A stretch of DNA of 37,119 bases from Candidatus Methylomirabilia bacterium. GTDB taxonomy: Bacteria > Methylomirabilota > Methylomirabilia > Rokubacteriales > CSP1-6. The translations under genes and the position numbers were made by a program. Position 1 is the stretch's first letter. Each line of letters starts with the position of its first letter. The stretch lies in contig JBGPXN010000029.1 in assembly GCA_041492755.1 (NCBI GenBank), forward strand, positions 1 to 37,119, in the 5' to 3' direction. The notes under the pieces were generated by a model that saw only the letters and a list, made by a program, of their open reading frames with translations, had not been told where the DNA came from and did no database searches. Shown piece after piece: positions 9,111 through 18,579 of this stretch.

Positions 9111-10363
9111 TGCCGGCCGCCGTCACGGCGATGCCCGCGGATCCGGTGGCGATGCCTGCGGCCGACGCGCCGGCGCAGAGCCCGGTCCCGAGCGGTGAAT
9201 TCCTCACCGTGCTTCTCCAGCTTGCGCGTCTCGACGGCACCACGGCGCTGGTCAGCGCGGATCCCATGCTGGCGACGAGCCCGGACGCCGTCGCCGATGA
9301 AGCAACGGTGACGTCGGAGCCGCGCACGATCACCACGCTCGATCCGCACGCCGGCGCCTCGCTGCTGGCAGCGCTGGACGGCGACGGCGGGGCCGCGGGT
9401 GGTGACGTTCCGGACGACCAAGGCAGCGCTGCGACCGCCGACAATTCCCCCACGACCCCGACCGCACTCGCGCTGGCCGCGATGGCGGTCACCAATGGGG
9501 CGGCCGCGGTACTCGCCGACGCGCAAGCCGCCGGCCCATCGTCGCCGTCGCCCGCCCCGGTCGCGCAGCGCTCGGACGTCCACCCCTCTCCGGCGCCCGA
9601 CGCCACGAAAGCGACGGCGGCGGCCGGCGACACCTCCGCGAAATCCGCCGGCGCCGGCCCGGACCGTGAAGCGGCGGGCGTGACGACGCGTGACTCCGTG
9701 GAAGGAAGCGGCGCCGTGCGGCCGGAGACGGCCGCTGCGTTCAAGGCGACCGCCGCCGATGCCGCCCGGCTCCTCCATGACCGGGCCACGGTCTTGCGCG
9801 CCGCCGGCGCCGTCGACGAGGCCCGGCCGAGCGGCACCGAGCCACGATCGTCGGGGACGACCCCCATCGATACCGCGGCGCACGTGGTGCCCGAGCTCGG
9901 CACGGGGACCGCGCGGGCCGACGGCGCGGCCCTGACGGAGGCGCCGGCGACGACCCCGCGAACGGTCGTCGAGCAAGTCGCCGAGCGTGTGGTGCTCCTG
10001 CGCCGCGAAGGCCATGGCGAGATCGCGCTGCGACTCGATCCGCCGGATCTCGGCGCCGTCCGCATCGAAGCGGTGATGGAGGGCGGAAAGCTGCGGCTCG
10101 AGATCCGCGCCGAGGCCGAGCCCGCGCGCCAGGCCCTCGAGTCCTCGTTGCCGCGGCTGCGGGAATCGCTCGCGCAGCAGGGCATCGTCGCCGACCAGGT
10201 CAGCGTGCACCTCGGCCTCGACTCGGCGCCGCGCGACTTCACGGGCGGGCAGTCCGCCCCCACCACGCGTCCACCGTCATCCCCGACGGCGCCCCCCCGG
10301 CTCGTCGCGCCGGTCGCGCATCCGGCCACGGTGCGCGCCGACGGCGTTGACGTGTGGGTGTGA
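9107..10363 (+). CDS. fliK: Flagellar hook-length control protein FliK
   Basis: Long Ala/Pro/Thr-rich region and C-terminal domain [15 protein letters not shown]...[17 protein letters not shown]; upstream of flgD. Confidence 0.9.
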   Translation: MMPAAVTAMPADPVAMPAADAPAQSPVPSGEFLTVLLQLARLDGTTALVSADPMLATSPDAVADEATVTSEPRTITTLDPHAGASLLAALDGDGGAAGGDVPDDQGSAATADNSPTTPTALALAAMAVTNGAAAVLADAQAAGPSSPSPAPVAQRSDVHPSPAPDATKATAAAGDTSAKSAGAGPDREAAGVTTRDSVEGSGAVRPETAAAFKATAADAARLLHDRATVLRAAGAVDEARPSGTEPRSSGTTPIDTAAHVVPELGTGTARADGAALTEAPATTPRTVVEQVAERVVLLRREGHGEIALRLDPPDLGAVRIEAVMEGGKLRLEIRAEAEPARQALESSLPRLRESLAQQGIVADQVSVHLGLDSAPRDFTGGQSAPTTRPPSSPTAPPRLVAPVAHPATVRADGVDVWV

Positions 10364-10385
10364 GCCGCCCCATGGGAGGAACACG

Positions 10386-11033
10386 ATGATCGATTCGCTG
10401 AGCTCGAGCCTGACCAGCACCATGACGGCCGCGAAGCCGTCCACGGGCCTGGGCAAGGACGATTTCCTGAAGCTCCTCATCACTCAGCTGCGCTACCAGG
10501 ACCCGCTCTCGCCGCTGGATCAGAACCAGTTCCTGGCCCAGACGGCGCAGTTCTCGTCGCTGGAGGAGCTGCAGTCCATCGGCAGGAGCATCGCGGCCCT
10601 GCAGACCACCACCGCGAACGCCAGCCTGACCCAGGGCGCGGGGCTGCTCGGCAAGACCGCGAAGGTCGCCAGCGGTTCGGCCACCTTCGACGGCGTCAAC
10701 GACGCGCTGCTGCCGGTCACCCTCGACGGCGCGGCGAGCCACGTCAAGGTCGACATTCTCGACGGCCAGAGCAAGGTTATTCGGACGCTCACCACCGGCG
10801 CGGCGCCGGCCGGCCAGCTCGCGGTGACCTGGGACGGCAAGGACGGCGCCGGTCAGGGCTTGCTCGCCGGGACCTACCACTATCGGGTGTCCGCCAGCGG
10901 CAGCGCCGGCGCCAGCCCGCTCGCGTTCGTCACCGAGGGCGTGCTCACCGGACTGTCCAGCCAGGACGGCCGCGTCAGCTATCGGCTCGGCGACCGCTTC
11001 GTGACCACCGAAGACATCGTGGACCTTCACTGA
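10386..11033 (+). CDS. flgD: Flagellar hook capping protein FlgD
   Basis: [46 protein letters not shown] before ATG 10386. Confidence 0.95.
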   Translation: MIDSLSSSLTSTMTAAKPSTGLGKDDFLKLLITQLRYQDPLSPLDQNQFLAQTAQFSSLEELQSIGRSIAALQTTTANASLTQGAGLLGKTAKVASGSATFDGVNDALLPVTLDGAASHVKVDILDGQSKVIRTLTTGAAPAGQLAVTWDGKDGAGQGLLAGTYHYRVSASGSAGASPLAFVTEGVLTGLSSQDGRVSYRLGDRFVTTEDIVDLH

Positions 11034-11058
11034 GGCCACGGAGAGAAAAGGAGACCGC

Positions 11059-12285
11059 ATGTCACGTGCACTCTTCACGGCGGTAGCGGGTCTGCGCAAC
11101 CACCAGGTGTGGCTCGACGTCATCGCCAACAACATCGCGAACGCCAACACCACCGGGTTCAAGTCCTCGACGGTGGTGTTCAACGACGTGCTGAGCCAGA
11201 CCCTGACCTCCGGAAGCGGGCCGGGCACCAGCACCGGCGGTACCAACCCGATCCAGCTCGGCCTCGGCAGCAAGCTCGGCAGCGTCACCCCGAGCTTCCT
11301 GCAGGGCGCGCTCCAGCTCACGAATCGGACCACCGACCTCGCCATCCAGGGCGAGGGCTTCTTCAAGCTCGCGAGCGGATCCGAGAGCGTCTACAGCCGT
11401 GCCGGCGCCTTCTCGCTGGACGCGGGTGGCAACCTCGTCGACAGCGCGAGCGGCTTCAAGGTCCAGGGCGCGAACGGCGAGATCACGATCAACATGGGAC
11501 AGGAGTCGGCGGCCACCACGACGAGCTCGGCGGTCTTCAAGGGCAACCTCGACGCCTCCCAGGCCGACGGCGTCACCTATCCGGCGACGCTCGACGTCCG
11601 CGACTCGCTCGGCAACGCGCACACGCTGAACGTCACCTTCACCAAGAACTTCGCGGCGGCCACCGGGCGGTGGGACTGGGCGGTCACCGAGGCGGACACC
11701 GCGATCACGAGCCTGACCACGGCGACCGGCTCGGTCACGTTCGGTGCCACCGGCGCAATCTCCGCCGGCACGAGCCAGGCCGTCGGCCTGGTGTACGTCG
11801 CCAGCGCCGGCGTCACCTCTCCCCAGTCGATCACGCTCGACTTCGGCACCGCCACCAACACGACCCCGATGACGGGATTCGCGAGCCCGTCCACCGTCGC
11901 CCTCGCCAGCCAGAACGGCAAGGCGGCCGGCGTGCTGCAAAGCTTCACCATCGGCGTCGACGGCGTGATCTCGGGTCTTTACTCGAACGGCACGACGTCG
12001 GCCATCGACACCATCCAGCTCGCGACGTTCTCGAACCCGTCCGGCCTCTTGCGGGTCGGCTCGAGCGGGTACCGGGAGAGCTCGGCGTCGGGCACGGCGA
12101 CCACGGGCGCCCCGAACGCCGGCGGCCGCGGCACCGTCCTGGGTGGCAGCCTGGAGCAGTCCAACGTCGACCTCGCCGCCGAGTTCAGCGCGCTGATCAT
12201 CGCGCAGCGCGGCTTCCAGGCGAATGCGCGGACCATCTCGACCTCCGACTCCCTGCTCGAAGAGCTCGTCAACCTGAGGCGGTAA
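11059..12285 (+). CDS. flgE: Flagellar hook protein FlgE
   Basis: DVIANNIANANTTGFK, DLAIQGEGFF, YSRAGAFSLD, LEQSNVDLAAEFSALIIAQRGFQANARTI; 408 aa. Confidence 0.95.
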   Translation: MSRALFTAVAGLRNHQVWLDVIANNIANANTTGFKSSTVVFNDVLSQTLTSGSGPGTSTGGTNPIQLGLGSKLGSVTPSFLQGALQLTNRTTDLAIQGEGFFKLASGSESVYSRAGAFSLDAGGNLVDSASGFKVQGANGEITINMGQESAATTTSSAVFKGNLDASQADGVTYPATLDVRDSLGNAHTLNVTFTKNFAAATGRWDWAVTEADTAITSLTTATGSVTFGATGAISAGTSQAVGLVYVASAGVTSPQSITLDFGTATNTTPMTGFASPSTVALASQNGKAAGVLQSFTIGVDGVISGLYSNGTTSAIDTIQLATFSNPSGLLRVGSSGYRESSASGTATTGAPNAGGRGTVLGGSLEQSNVDLAAEFSALIIAQRGFQANARTISTSDSLLEELVNLRR

Positions 12286-12291
12286 GCGGCC

Positions 12292-12795
12292 ATGGCCAGG
12301 CCCAACGCGCCCGCTCCCGCTCCGGCTTCGGTGCCCGTCGTCGCCGCGCCGGAACCGCCCGCGCCCCGCAAGAAGCCCCTGATGCTCTACGCGGTGGTCG
12401 GTGTCGTCGTCGTCGCCTTCGGCGCCGGCGGCTTCGTCCTGGCGCCGCGCCTGCTCGGGGGCGCGCACTCCGAGGCGAAGAGCGACGAGAACCTGCCGAC
12501 CAAGGCGACCGTGCCCATGGGCTCGGTCGTGGTGAACCTCGCCGAGACCAAGAACTACGTGAAGGTCGGGCTCGAGCTCGGCGTGGCGGACGTCAAGGAA
12601 GTGAAGGAGGTCGGCGAGGCCAAGGCCCGGGTGCTCGACTTGCTGATCACCATGCTCTCCACGACGCCGGCGGACACGCTGTCGTCGGGCGAGGGTCGGA
12701 TCGAGCTCAAGGAGGAGCTGCTCACGAAGATCCGCGAGGAGCTCGGGCTGCACAAGGTCAGCCGCGTGTACTTCACGGAGTTCGTCATCCAATGA
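12292..12795 (+). CDS. fliL: Flagellar protein FliL
   Basis: N-terminal TM, VVNLA, C-terminal VYFTEFVIQ. Confidence 0.93.
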   Translation: MARPNAPAPAPASVPVVAAPEPPAPRKKPLMLYAVVGVVVVAFGAGGFVLAPRLLGGAHSEAKSDENLPTKATVPMGSVVVNLAETKNYVKVGLELGVADVKEVKEVGEAKARVLDLLITMLSTTPADTLSSGEGRIELKEELLTKIREELGLHKVSRVYFTEFVIQ

Positions 12796-12826
12796 GGAAC
12801 GGGCTCACGAACGGGGATAGCGCGTA

Positions 12827-13864
12827 ATGGACCACATCCTCTCCCAGGAAGAGGTCGACGCCCTCCTGTCCGCGGTGGACCGCGGCGAGATCCCGGAGCC
12901 GGTGGCGCCGGATCCCCGCACGGCGGCGTCGCGGACGGTGGTGCACTACAACTTCCGGAAGCCCAACCGCGTGTCCAAGGACCAGGTGAAGATGCTGCAG
13001 AGCATCCACGAATCCTTCGCGCGGCTCTACTCGACGTCGCTCAGCACGCTCCTGCGCGGCGTGGTCGAGACGGACTTCAAGAGCGTGGAGCAGATCTCCT
13101 ACGGCGAGTTCACCATGTCGCTCTCGCCGCCCACCTGCGTGTCCATCTTCACCATGGACCCGCTCGCCGGCGGCGCCGCGCTGGAGATCAACGCCAACAT
13201 CCTGTTCCTGCTCATCGACCGCCTCCTCGGCGGCAGCGGCCTCCTCGCCGTGAAGCCGCGCGAGTTCACCGAGGTGGAACAGGTGCTCATCGAGCGCGTC
13301 GCCATGCGGGCGATGGTCGACCTCCAGCAGGCCTGGCAGCACGCGGGCACGTTCGGGTTCCGCGTGTCCCGGCTGGAGACCAATCCACAGTTCGTCCAGC
13401 TCACGTCGCCGAGCGAAGTCATGATCGTCGTCACCTTCGGGCTCCGGGTTGGCGAGCTCAGCGGCCAGATGACGCTGGCCTACCCGCACCTGCTGCTGGA
13501 GCCCGTGATGCCGAAGCTCAACACGCATCGCTACCTCGCGGCGGCCCAGCGCGCGCCCTCGGCCCAGGAAGGGGAAGGACTGCGGGCGAGCGTGCTCCAG
13601 GCCGCCCTGACCGTGCGGGGGGTGCTGGCGGAGATCCCGATCAGCGTGCGCGATCTGCTCGAGCTCCAGCCGGGCCAGATCTTGCCGCTACGCCAGCACG
13701 TGAGCGTGCCCGCCGTCGTCGAGGTCGAGGGATCGCCGCGCTTCACCGGACGCCCGGGCATCTCCAACCGCCGCCGGGCGTTGAGGCTGCACACCGTCAT
13801 CGCCAGGGGAGAAAACCGTGACGCAGGAAACGCTGCAGGCACAGCCCGAGTTCACGACGCTTAG
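12827..13864 (+). CDS. fliM: Flagellar motor switch protein FliM
   Basis: N-terminal CheY-binding LSQEEVDALL, YNFRKPNRVSKDQ, DRLLGG, ETNPQF, C-terminal SpoA domain. Confidence 0.96.
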   Translation: MDHILSQEEVDALLSAVDRGEIPEPVAPDPRTAASRTVVHYNFRKPNRVSKDQVKMLQSIHESFARLYSTSLSTLLRGVVETDFKSVEQISYGEFTMSLSPPTCVSIFTMDPLAGGAALEINANILFLLIDRLLGGSGLLAVKPREFTEVEQVLIERVAMRAMVDLQQAWQHAGTFGFRVSRLETNPQFVQLTSPSEVMIVVTFGLRVGELSGQMTLAYPHLLLEPVMPKLNTHRYLAAAQRAPSAQEGEGLRASVLQAALTVRGVLAEIPISVRDLLELQPGQILPLRQHVSVPAVVEVEGSPRFTGRPGISNRRRALRLHTVIARGENRDAGNAAGTARVHDA

Positions 13865-14744
13865 CGCGCCGTCCGTCCTGGCGGACGCGACGCCGGCCGT
13901 CCCCGGCAACCTCGAGGCCTTCGCCGCGGGGCTGTGCGAGGGCGCCGGACCCGCGCTGACGACGCTGCTCAACCGTCAGGTCTCGGCGCGGGTGGTCGGC
14001 GTGCGTGCGAGCAACCTCACCGACCTGTTGCGCGACGTCCCGCTGCCGTGGGTGCTGGTGGAGGTGTCGTACCAGCGCGGCGCCACCGGTGGCCACCTGA
14101 TGGTCTTCCCCAAGGCGGAGGCGGTGAAGATCGGCGTGAGCCTCAGCGGCGAGGACGCGACCGAAGGCGAGCTGTCGCCCACGCACGCGGACGCCCTCAA
14201 GGACGCCATCAACCAGCTCCTCGCCGGCGCGGGCCCGACGCTGATGCCGCTGTTCCATCGCGCGGTTTCCTTCTCGTCCGCGAACGTGAAGGTCGTGGAG
14301 GGCGTGGAGGGGATTCCGAAGGCGCTGCGCGAGCCGTTCTGGCTCATCCACGCCTCGGCCCAGGGTGACGCCTTCGTCTTCCCGGTGCGCCTCACCGTCG
14401 ACCGCGCGCTCGGGGCGCAGATCACCGCGCTCGGCGCCGAGCCGCTGCCGTCCAGCCTCGAGCCGGGACGCGTCGAGCCGGCATCCGGAAAGATCGACAT
14501 GATCCTCGACATCTCGCTGCCGATCGCGGTGGAGCTTGGCCGCGCCCGCATGCTGATCCAGGACATCCTCAAGCTCGCTCCCGGCTCGGTGATCGAGCTC
14601 GACAAGTCCGCGGGGGACCCGGTGGACCTCTACATCAACGACCGTCCCATCGCGCGCGGCGAGGTCGTGGTCATCGACGAGAACTTCGGCGTCCGTCTCA
14701 CCTCCATCGTCACCGCGAGCGAGCGGATCAAGACCCTGCGATGA
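13818..14744 (+). CDS. fliN: FliY-like switch protein (CheC-like domain + FliN/SpoA domain)
   Basis: C-terminal IDMILDISLPIAVELGR...GSVIELDK...ARGEVVVIDENFGVRLT; ~220-aa N-terminal region with duplicated AGPAL/AGPTL CheC-like halves; AGGGGAGA RBS before GTG. Confidence 0.85.
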   Translation: MTQETLQAQPEFTTLSAPSVLADATPAVPGNLEAFAAGLCEGAGPALTTLLNRQVSARVVGVRASNLTDLLRDVPLPWVLVEVSYQRGATGGHLMVFPKAEAVKIGVSLSGEDATEGELSPTHADALKDAINQLLAGAGPTLMPLFHRAVSFSSANVKVVEGVEGIPKALREPFWLIHASAQGDAFVFPVRLTVDRALGAQITALGAEPLPSSLEPGRVEPASGKIDMILDISLPIAVELGRARMLIQDILKLAPGSVIELDKSAGDPVDLYINDRPIARGEVVVIDENFGVRLTSIVTASERIKTLR

Positions 14745-15604
14745 AAAATCGTTTCCTGGGCGTCCTCGTTCTCGCCGGCTTCGCCTGCGCCGCCCCCGCG
14801 GGGGCGGAGCCCAAGCGGGCGCAGACCCACGAGGCGCCCGACCCGGCCGCGAGCCAGGCCGCGGTGGCCGAGCTGCCCCCGCGCTTCCTGGCGCCGCCGC
14901 CGCTCCCGGCGCCCCTGGCGTCGCTCACCGCGTCCGAGGCGCCGCCCGCGCCGGCCGGGCCGGTCGGGCCGGTCGGGCCGGCCGCGCCGATGCCCTCGCT
15001 GGGCTGGGCGCTGCTGCGCATGACCGGCTCGCTCGTCATCGTCGGCGCATTGCTGGGGGGCAGCGTGCTCGCATATCGCCGATTCGGCGGCGTCCGCCGT
15101 CCCGGGCGCGCGGCCGGTGCCGCGCGCAGCGGCCTGCGCTGGTTCTCGCAGTGGATCCCGTCGTCCGTGGCGGAGGCGGACCGGGTGCAGGTCGTGTCGC
15201 GCTCGTACCTCGGGCCCAAGGAATCGATCTGCGTGGTGCAGGCCGGACGCGAGCGCTTCCTCGTCGCCACCACGGGCACCGGCATCTCGCTGCTCGGGCG
15301 TCTCGAGGCGCCGGACGCGACCGGCGAAGACGGACTGCCGGCCGAGGCCGAGCCCACGCCGGTGGACTTCGCGCGCGCCCTCAGCGCGGCGGTGCGGCCG
15401 CGTGAGGCCGAGGCGCGCGTGCCGCGCGACGCCGAGATGCGCGGGCCCGACGTCCAGAACGATCGCATCGAGTTCCCCCTCAGCGACGAGCCGATCCCGC
15501 TCGGGGAGAGCGAAGTCAACGCGATCCACGCCGCGCTCGCCCGCTCGCGGACCCGGCTCGACCGTCTCACCCGCGGCATCGCCCTGGAGACGCGCCGTGG
15601 GTAA
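14741..15604 (+). CDS. fliO: Flagellar biosynthesis protein FliO/FliZ-like
   Basis: TM segment followed by VQVVSRSYLGPKESICVVQAGRERFLVATTGTGISLL; between fliN and fliP. Confidence 0.82.
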   Translation: MKNRFLGVLVLAGFACAAPAGAEPKRAQTHEAPDPAASQAAVAELPPRFLAPPPLPAPLASLTASEAPPAPAGPVGPVGPAAPMPSLGWALLRMTGSLVIVGALLGGSVLAYRRFGGVRRPGRAAGAARSGLRWFSQWIPSSVAEADRVQVVSRSYLGPKESICVVQAGRERFLVATTGTGISLLGRLEAPDATGEDGLPAEAEPTPVDFARALSAAVRPREAEARVPRDAEMRGPDVQNDRIEFPLSDEPIPLGESEVNAIHAALARSRTRLDRLTRGIALETRRG

Positions 15605-15695
15605 CCAAGCGCTGCGCTGTTCGAGCGCCGGCTTTGCCGGCGCCCTCCTGGGGGGAGGCTCCGGAAGGGGGGCAACGCCCCCCTCCGGGGAAAGC
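15604..15695. mobile_element. 92-bp REP/MITE-like palindromic insertion with 13-bp flanking direct repeat
   Basis: CGCGCCGTGGGTA at 15591-15603 and 15696-15708; internal hairpins GCGCCGGC-TTT-GCCGGCGC and CCGGA-A-GGGGGGC-AAC-GCCCCCC-TCCGG. Confidence 0.75.
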
Positions 15696-15701
15696 CGCGC
15701 C

Positions 15702-16454
15702 GTGGGTAGGATCGTCCTCGCCGCGGTTGCCCTCGTTCTCGTGCTCGGCGCCGCCGGCGTCGCGGACGCGCAGGGCCTGGGCATCCCGCGCATCACCATC
15801 GACGCGACCGACCCGAAGTCGCCGGCCGAAGTCTCGGCCGCCGTGCAGATCCTCCTCACCCTTACCGTCCTCAGCCTGGCCCCCGCCATCTTGCTGATGC
15901 TGACCTCGTTCACGCGCATCGTGATCGTGCTGTCGCTGCTGCGGCAGGCGGTCGGCATCCAGCAGCTGCCGCCCAACCAGGTGATCGTCGGGCTCTCGCT
16001 GTTCCTGACCCTGTTCGTGATGGCGCCGGTCGGGACCGAGATCCATCAGAAGGCGCTGCAGCCCTACTTCGACAAGAAGATCAGCCAGACGGAGGCGCTC
16101 ACCCGCGCCTACGAGCCGCTGCGGGGCTTCATGCTCCGCCAGACGCGGCAGACCGATCTCGCGCTGATGGTGCACCTGGGCAAGATCCCGGCGCCCAAGC
16201 AGCCCGCCGACCTGCCCGCGCACGTCGTGATCCCGGCCTTCGCGCTCTCGGAGATCAAGACCGCGTTCCAGATGGGGTTCGTGCTGTTCGTGCCCTTTCT
16301 GATCATCGACCTCGTGGTCGCGAGCGTCCTCATGTCGATGGGCATGATGATGCTGCCGCCGGTGATGATCTCGCTGCCGTTCAAGCTGCTCCTGTTCGTG
16401 CTCTCCGACGGCTGGCACCTGGTGGTGCGCGCCCTCATCGCGGGGTTCCGTTGA
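15702..16454 (+). CDS. fliP: Flagellar export gate protein FliP
   Basis: LTVLSLAPAILLMLTSFTRIVIVLSLLRQA, PPNQVIVGL, PAFALSEIKTAFQMG, MGMMMLPP, LPFKLLLFVLSDGW; alternative in-frame GTG at 15597. Confidence 0.97.
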   Translation: MGRIVLAAVALVLVLGAAGVADAQGLGIPRITIDATDPKSPAEVSAAVQILLTLTVLSLAPAILLMLTSFTRIVIVLSLLRQAVGIQQLPPNQVIVGLSLFLTLFVMAPVGTEIHQKALQPYFDKKISQTEALTRAYEPLRGFMLRQTRQTDLALMVHLGKIPAPKQPADLPAHVVIPAFALSEIKTAFQMGFVLFVPFLIIDLVVASVLMSMGMMMLPPVMISLPFKLLLFVLSDGWHLVVRALIAGFR

Positions 16455-16723
16455 TGACGCCGGACATGGTGCTCGCCCTCGGCCGGGAATCCGCGCAGGT
16501 CGTGCTGCTCGTGGCCGGCCCGATTCTCCTGGTCGCGCTCCTGACCGGCCTGCTCGTCAGCATCGTGCAGGCGGTGACGCAGATCCAGGAGATGACCCTG
16601 ACGTTCATCCCCAAGATCGTGGCCATGATGGCGGTGATCGCGCTGCTCGGCCACTGGATGCTGGGCCAGCTCGTGGGCTTCACCGCCTCGCTGCTGGGCA
16701 ACCTGCATCTCTACGCGCGCTGA
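16454..16723 (+). CDS. fliQ: Flagellar export protein FliQ
   Basis: GLLVSIVQAVTQIQEMTLTFIPKI. Confidence 0.97.
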   Translation: MTPDMVLALGRESAQVVLLVAGPILLVALLTGLLVSIVQAVTQIQEMTLTFIPKIVAMMAVIALLGHWMLGQLVGFTASLLGNLHLYAR

Positions 16724-16724
16724 C

Positions 16725-17519
16725 ATGACGCTGACCCTGGCCGCGCTCGCCGCCACCCACGCCGAGACGTTCGTGCTCGCCTTCTGCCGGCTGGGCGCGA
16801 TGATGGTGTGGGCGCCGGTGCTCGGCCATCGCAGCATCCCCGTGGCGCACCGCGCGGCCCTCGCCGCGCTGCTGGCCATGGTCCTCACGCCGATGCTGGG
16901 CACGCCGGCGCTGGGCTCGCGCGACGATCTCGGCTTCGTCCTGGCCCTGGCCGGCGAGGCCTTCATCGGCCTGGCCATCGGCTTCGTGGCGAACCTGGTC
17001 CTGATGGCCGTCCACGTGGCCGGTGAGGTCCTGGGCTTTCAGATGGGCTTCGGGATCGCCGCCATCTACGATCCCGCCCTCGGACAGCAGTCCACGGTGG
17101 TCACGCGCTTTCACGAGTTCTTCGCCCTGATGCTGTTCCTCGCGCTCAACGGCCATCACTTCCTGCTGCAGGCCGTGGTGGCGAGCTTTCAGCGCGTCCG
17201 GCCGGGCGGGCTGCTCATGCAGTCGGCCGCCGCGGGCAGCGTGGCCTCGCTCGGCAGCAAACTGTTCCGCTCCGGTCTCGAGCTGGCCGCGCCGTTGCTC
17301 GGGATCCTCTTCGTCGCCAACTTCGCGCTGGCCCTGCTCGCGCGCCTGGCGCCGCAGACCAACGTCTTCTTCGTCGGCGTCCCGGTCACCGTCGGGCTCG
17401 GCATCTACGGGCTGATGGAGACCTTTCCGCACTTCACCGCGGTCTTCGGCCGGCTCGTGACCGAGATGGCCGGGGACCTGAGCGCCCTCGTGGCGGGAGC
17501 CTCTCATGGCGTCCGGTGA
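16725..17519 (+). CDS. fliR: Flagellar export protein FliR
   Basis: Polytopic membrane protein; AGEVLGFQMGF, LFLALNGHH, LAAP, RLAPQTNVFFVG. Confidence 0.94.
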   Translation: MTLTLAALAATHAETFVLAFCRLGAMMVWAPVLGHRSIPVAHRAALAALLAMVLTPMLGTPALGSRDDLGFVLALAGEAFIGLAIGFVANLVLMAVHVAGEVLGFQMGFGIAAIYDPALGQQSTVVTRFHEFFALMLFLALNGHHFLLQAVVASFQRVRPGGLLMQSAAAGSVASLGSKLFRSGLELAAPLLGILFVANFALALLARLAPQTNVFFVGVPVTVGLGIYGLMETFPHFTAVFGRLVTEMAGDLSALVAGASHGVR

Positions 17520-18579
17520 GTCGGCCGACCAGGAACGCACGGAACAACCGACCGGCAAACGCCGGGACGAGGCGCGCCGCGAAGGCCAGGTCGCCAAGAG
17601 CGTGGACCTCACCCTGGCCGTCGGGCTGCTCGGCTCGCTGGGCTTCCACGGCCTCGTTGCCGGCTCGTTCGTCACCGATGCGCTCGCCGTGTTCCAGGAC
17701 GGATTCCGGGTCCGGCCGCGCGGCGACTTCACGATCGACGGGGCCATGACGCTCGCCGCCGAGACGGCGTTCGCGGTGGCCCGGCTGGGCTGGCCGTTCG
17801 TGGCGGTGCCGGCCGTGCTGACGATCGCGGTCCAGCTGCTACAGACGCGCTTCGCGCTGTCGAGCAAGGCGCTGCGTCCGCAGTGGAATCGCCTGAGCCC
17901 GCGCGAGGGCCTCTCGCGCCTGCTCTCGTGGCGCGGGGCCGTCGAATGGCTCAAGGCGGTGTTCAAGCTCGTCGGCGTGGGCGCCGTCGGGTACTACACC
18001 ATCCGCTCGGACTGGCCGCTGCTGCTGAGCCTCGGGGCGGGCGGGACGCAGACGACGCTGGTGACGCTCGGTCGCGTGGTGTGGGACCTCTGGCTCGCGG
18101 TCGGCGTCAGCTATCTGCTCCTGGCCGGCTTCGACTACGCGTACCAGTGGTGGGAGCACGAGCGCAGCCTCCGGATGACCAAGAAGGAGCTGCGCGAGGA
18201 AGTCAAGCACACGGAAGGCAATCCGCTCCTGCGTGGCCGCATGCGCGCCCTGCACCGGCAGATGGCGACGCGCCGGATGATGACCGAGGTCAAGAAGGCC
18301 GACGTGGTGCTCCGGAACCCGACGCACTACGCGGTGGCGATCAAGTACAAGACCGGCCAGATGCGGGCCCCGCGCGTGGTGGCCAAGGGGGCGCGCCTCA
18401 TGGCGCTGCGGATCATCGACGTCGCGCGCAAGGCGAACGTGGTGGTCGTCGAGAACCCGCCCCTGGCCCGCGCGCTCTACAAGTCGGTACCCGTCGGCCG
18501 CGACATCCCGCGCGAGCTGTACCGCGCGGTGGCCGAGGTGCTCGCCTACGTCTACTCGCTGCGGGGGCCGAGGTCCTAG
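17506..18579 (+). CDS. flhB: Flagellar export switch protein FlhB
   Basis: ERTEQPTGKRR, LRMTKKELREEVKHTEGNP, autocleavage NPTH motif, LARALY. Confidence 0.97.
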   Translation: MASGESADQERTEQPTGKRRDEARREGQVAKSVDLTLAVGLLGSLGFHGLVAGSFVTDALAVFQDGFRVRPRGDFTIDGAMTLAAETAFAVARLGWPFVAVPAVLTIAVQLLQTRFALSSKALRPQWNRLSPREGLSRLLSWRGAVEWLKAVFKLVGVGAVGYYTIRSDWPLLLSLGAGGTQTTLVTLGRVVWDLWLAVGVSYLLLAGFDYAYQWWEHERSLRMTKKELREEVKHTEGNPLLRGRMRALHRQMATRRMMTEVKKADVVLRNPTHYAVAIKYKTGQMRAPRVVAKGARLMALRIIDVARKANVVVVENPPLARALYKSVPVGRDIPRELYRAVAEVLAYVYSLRGPRS

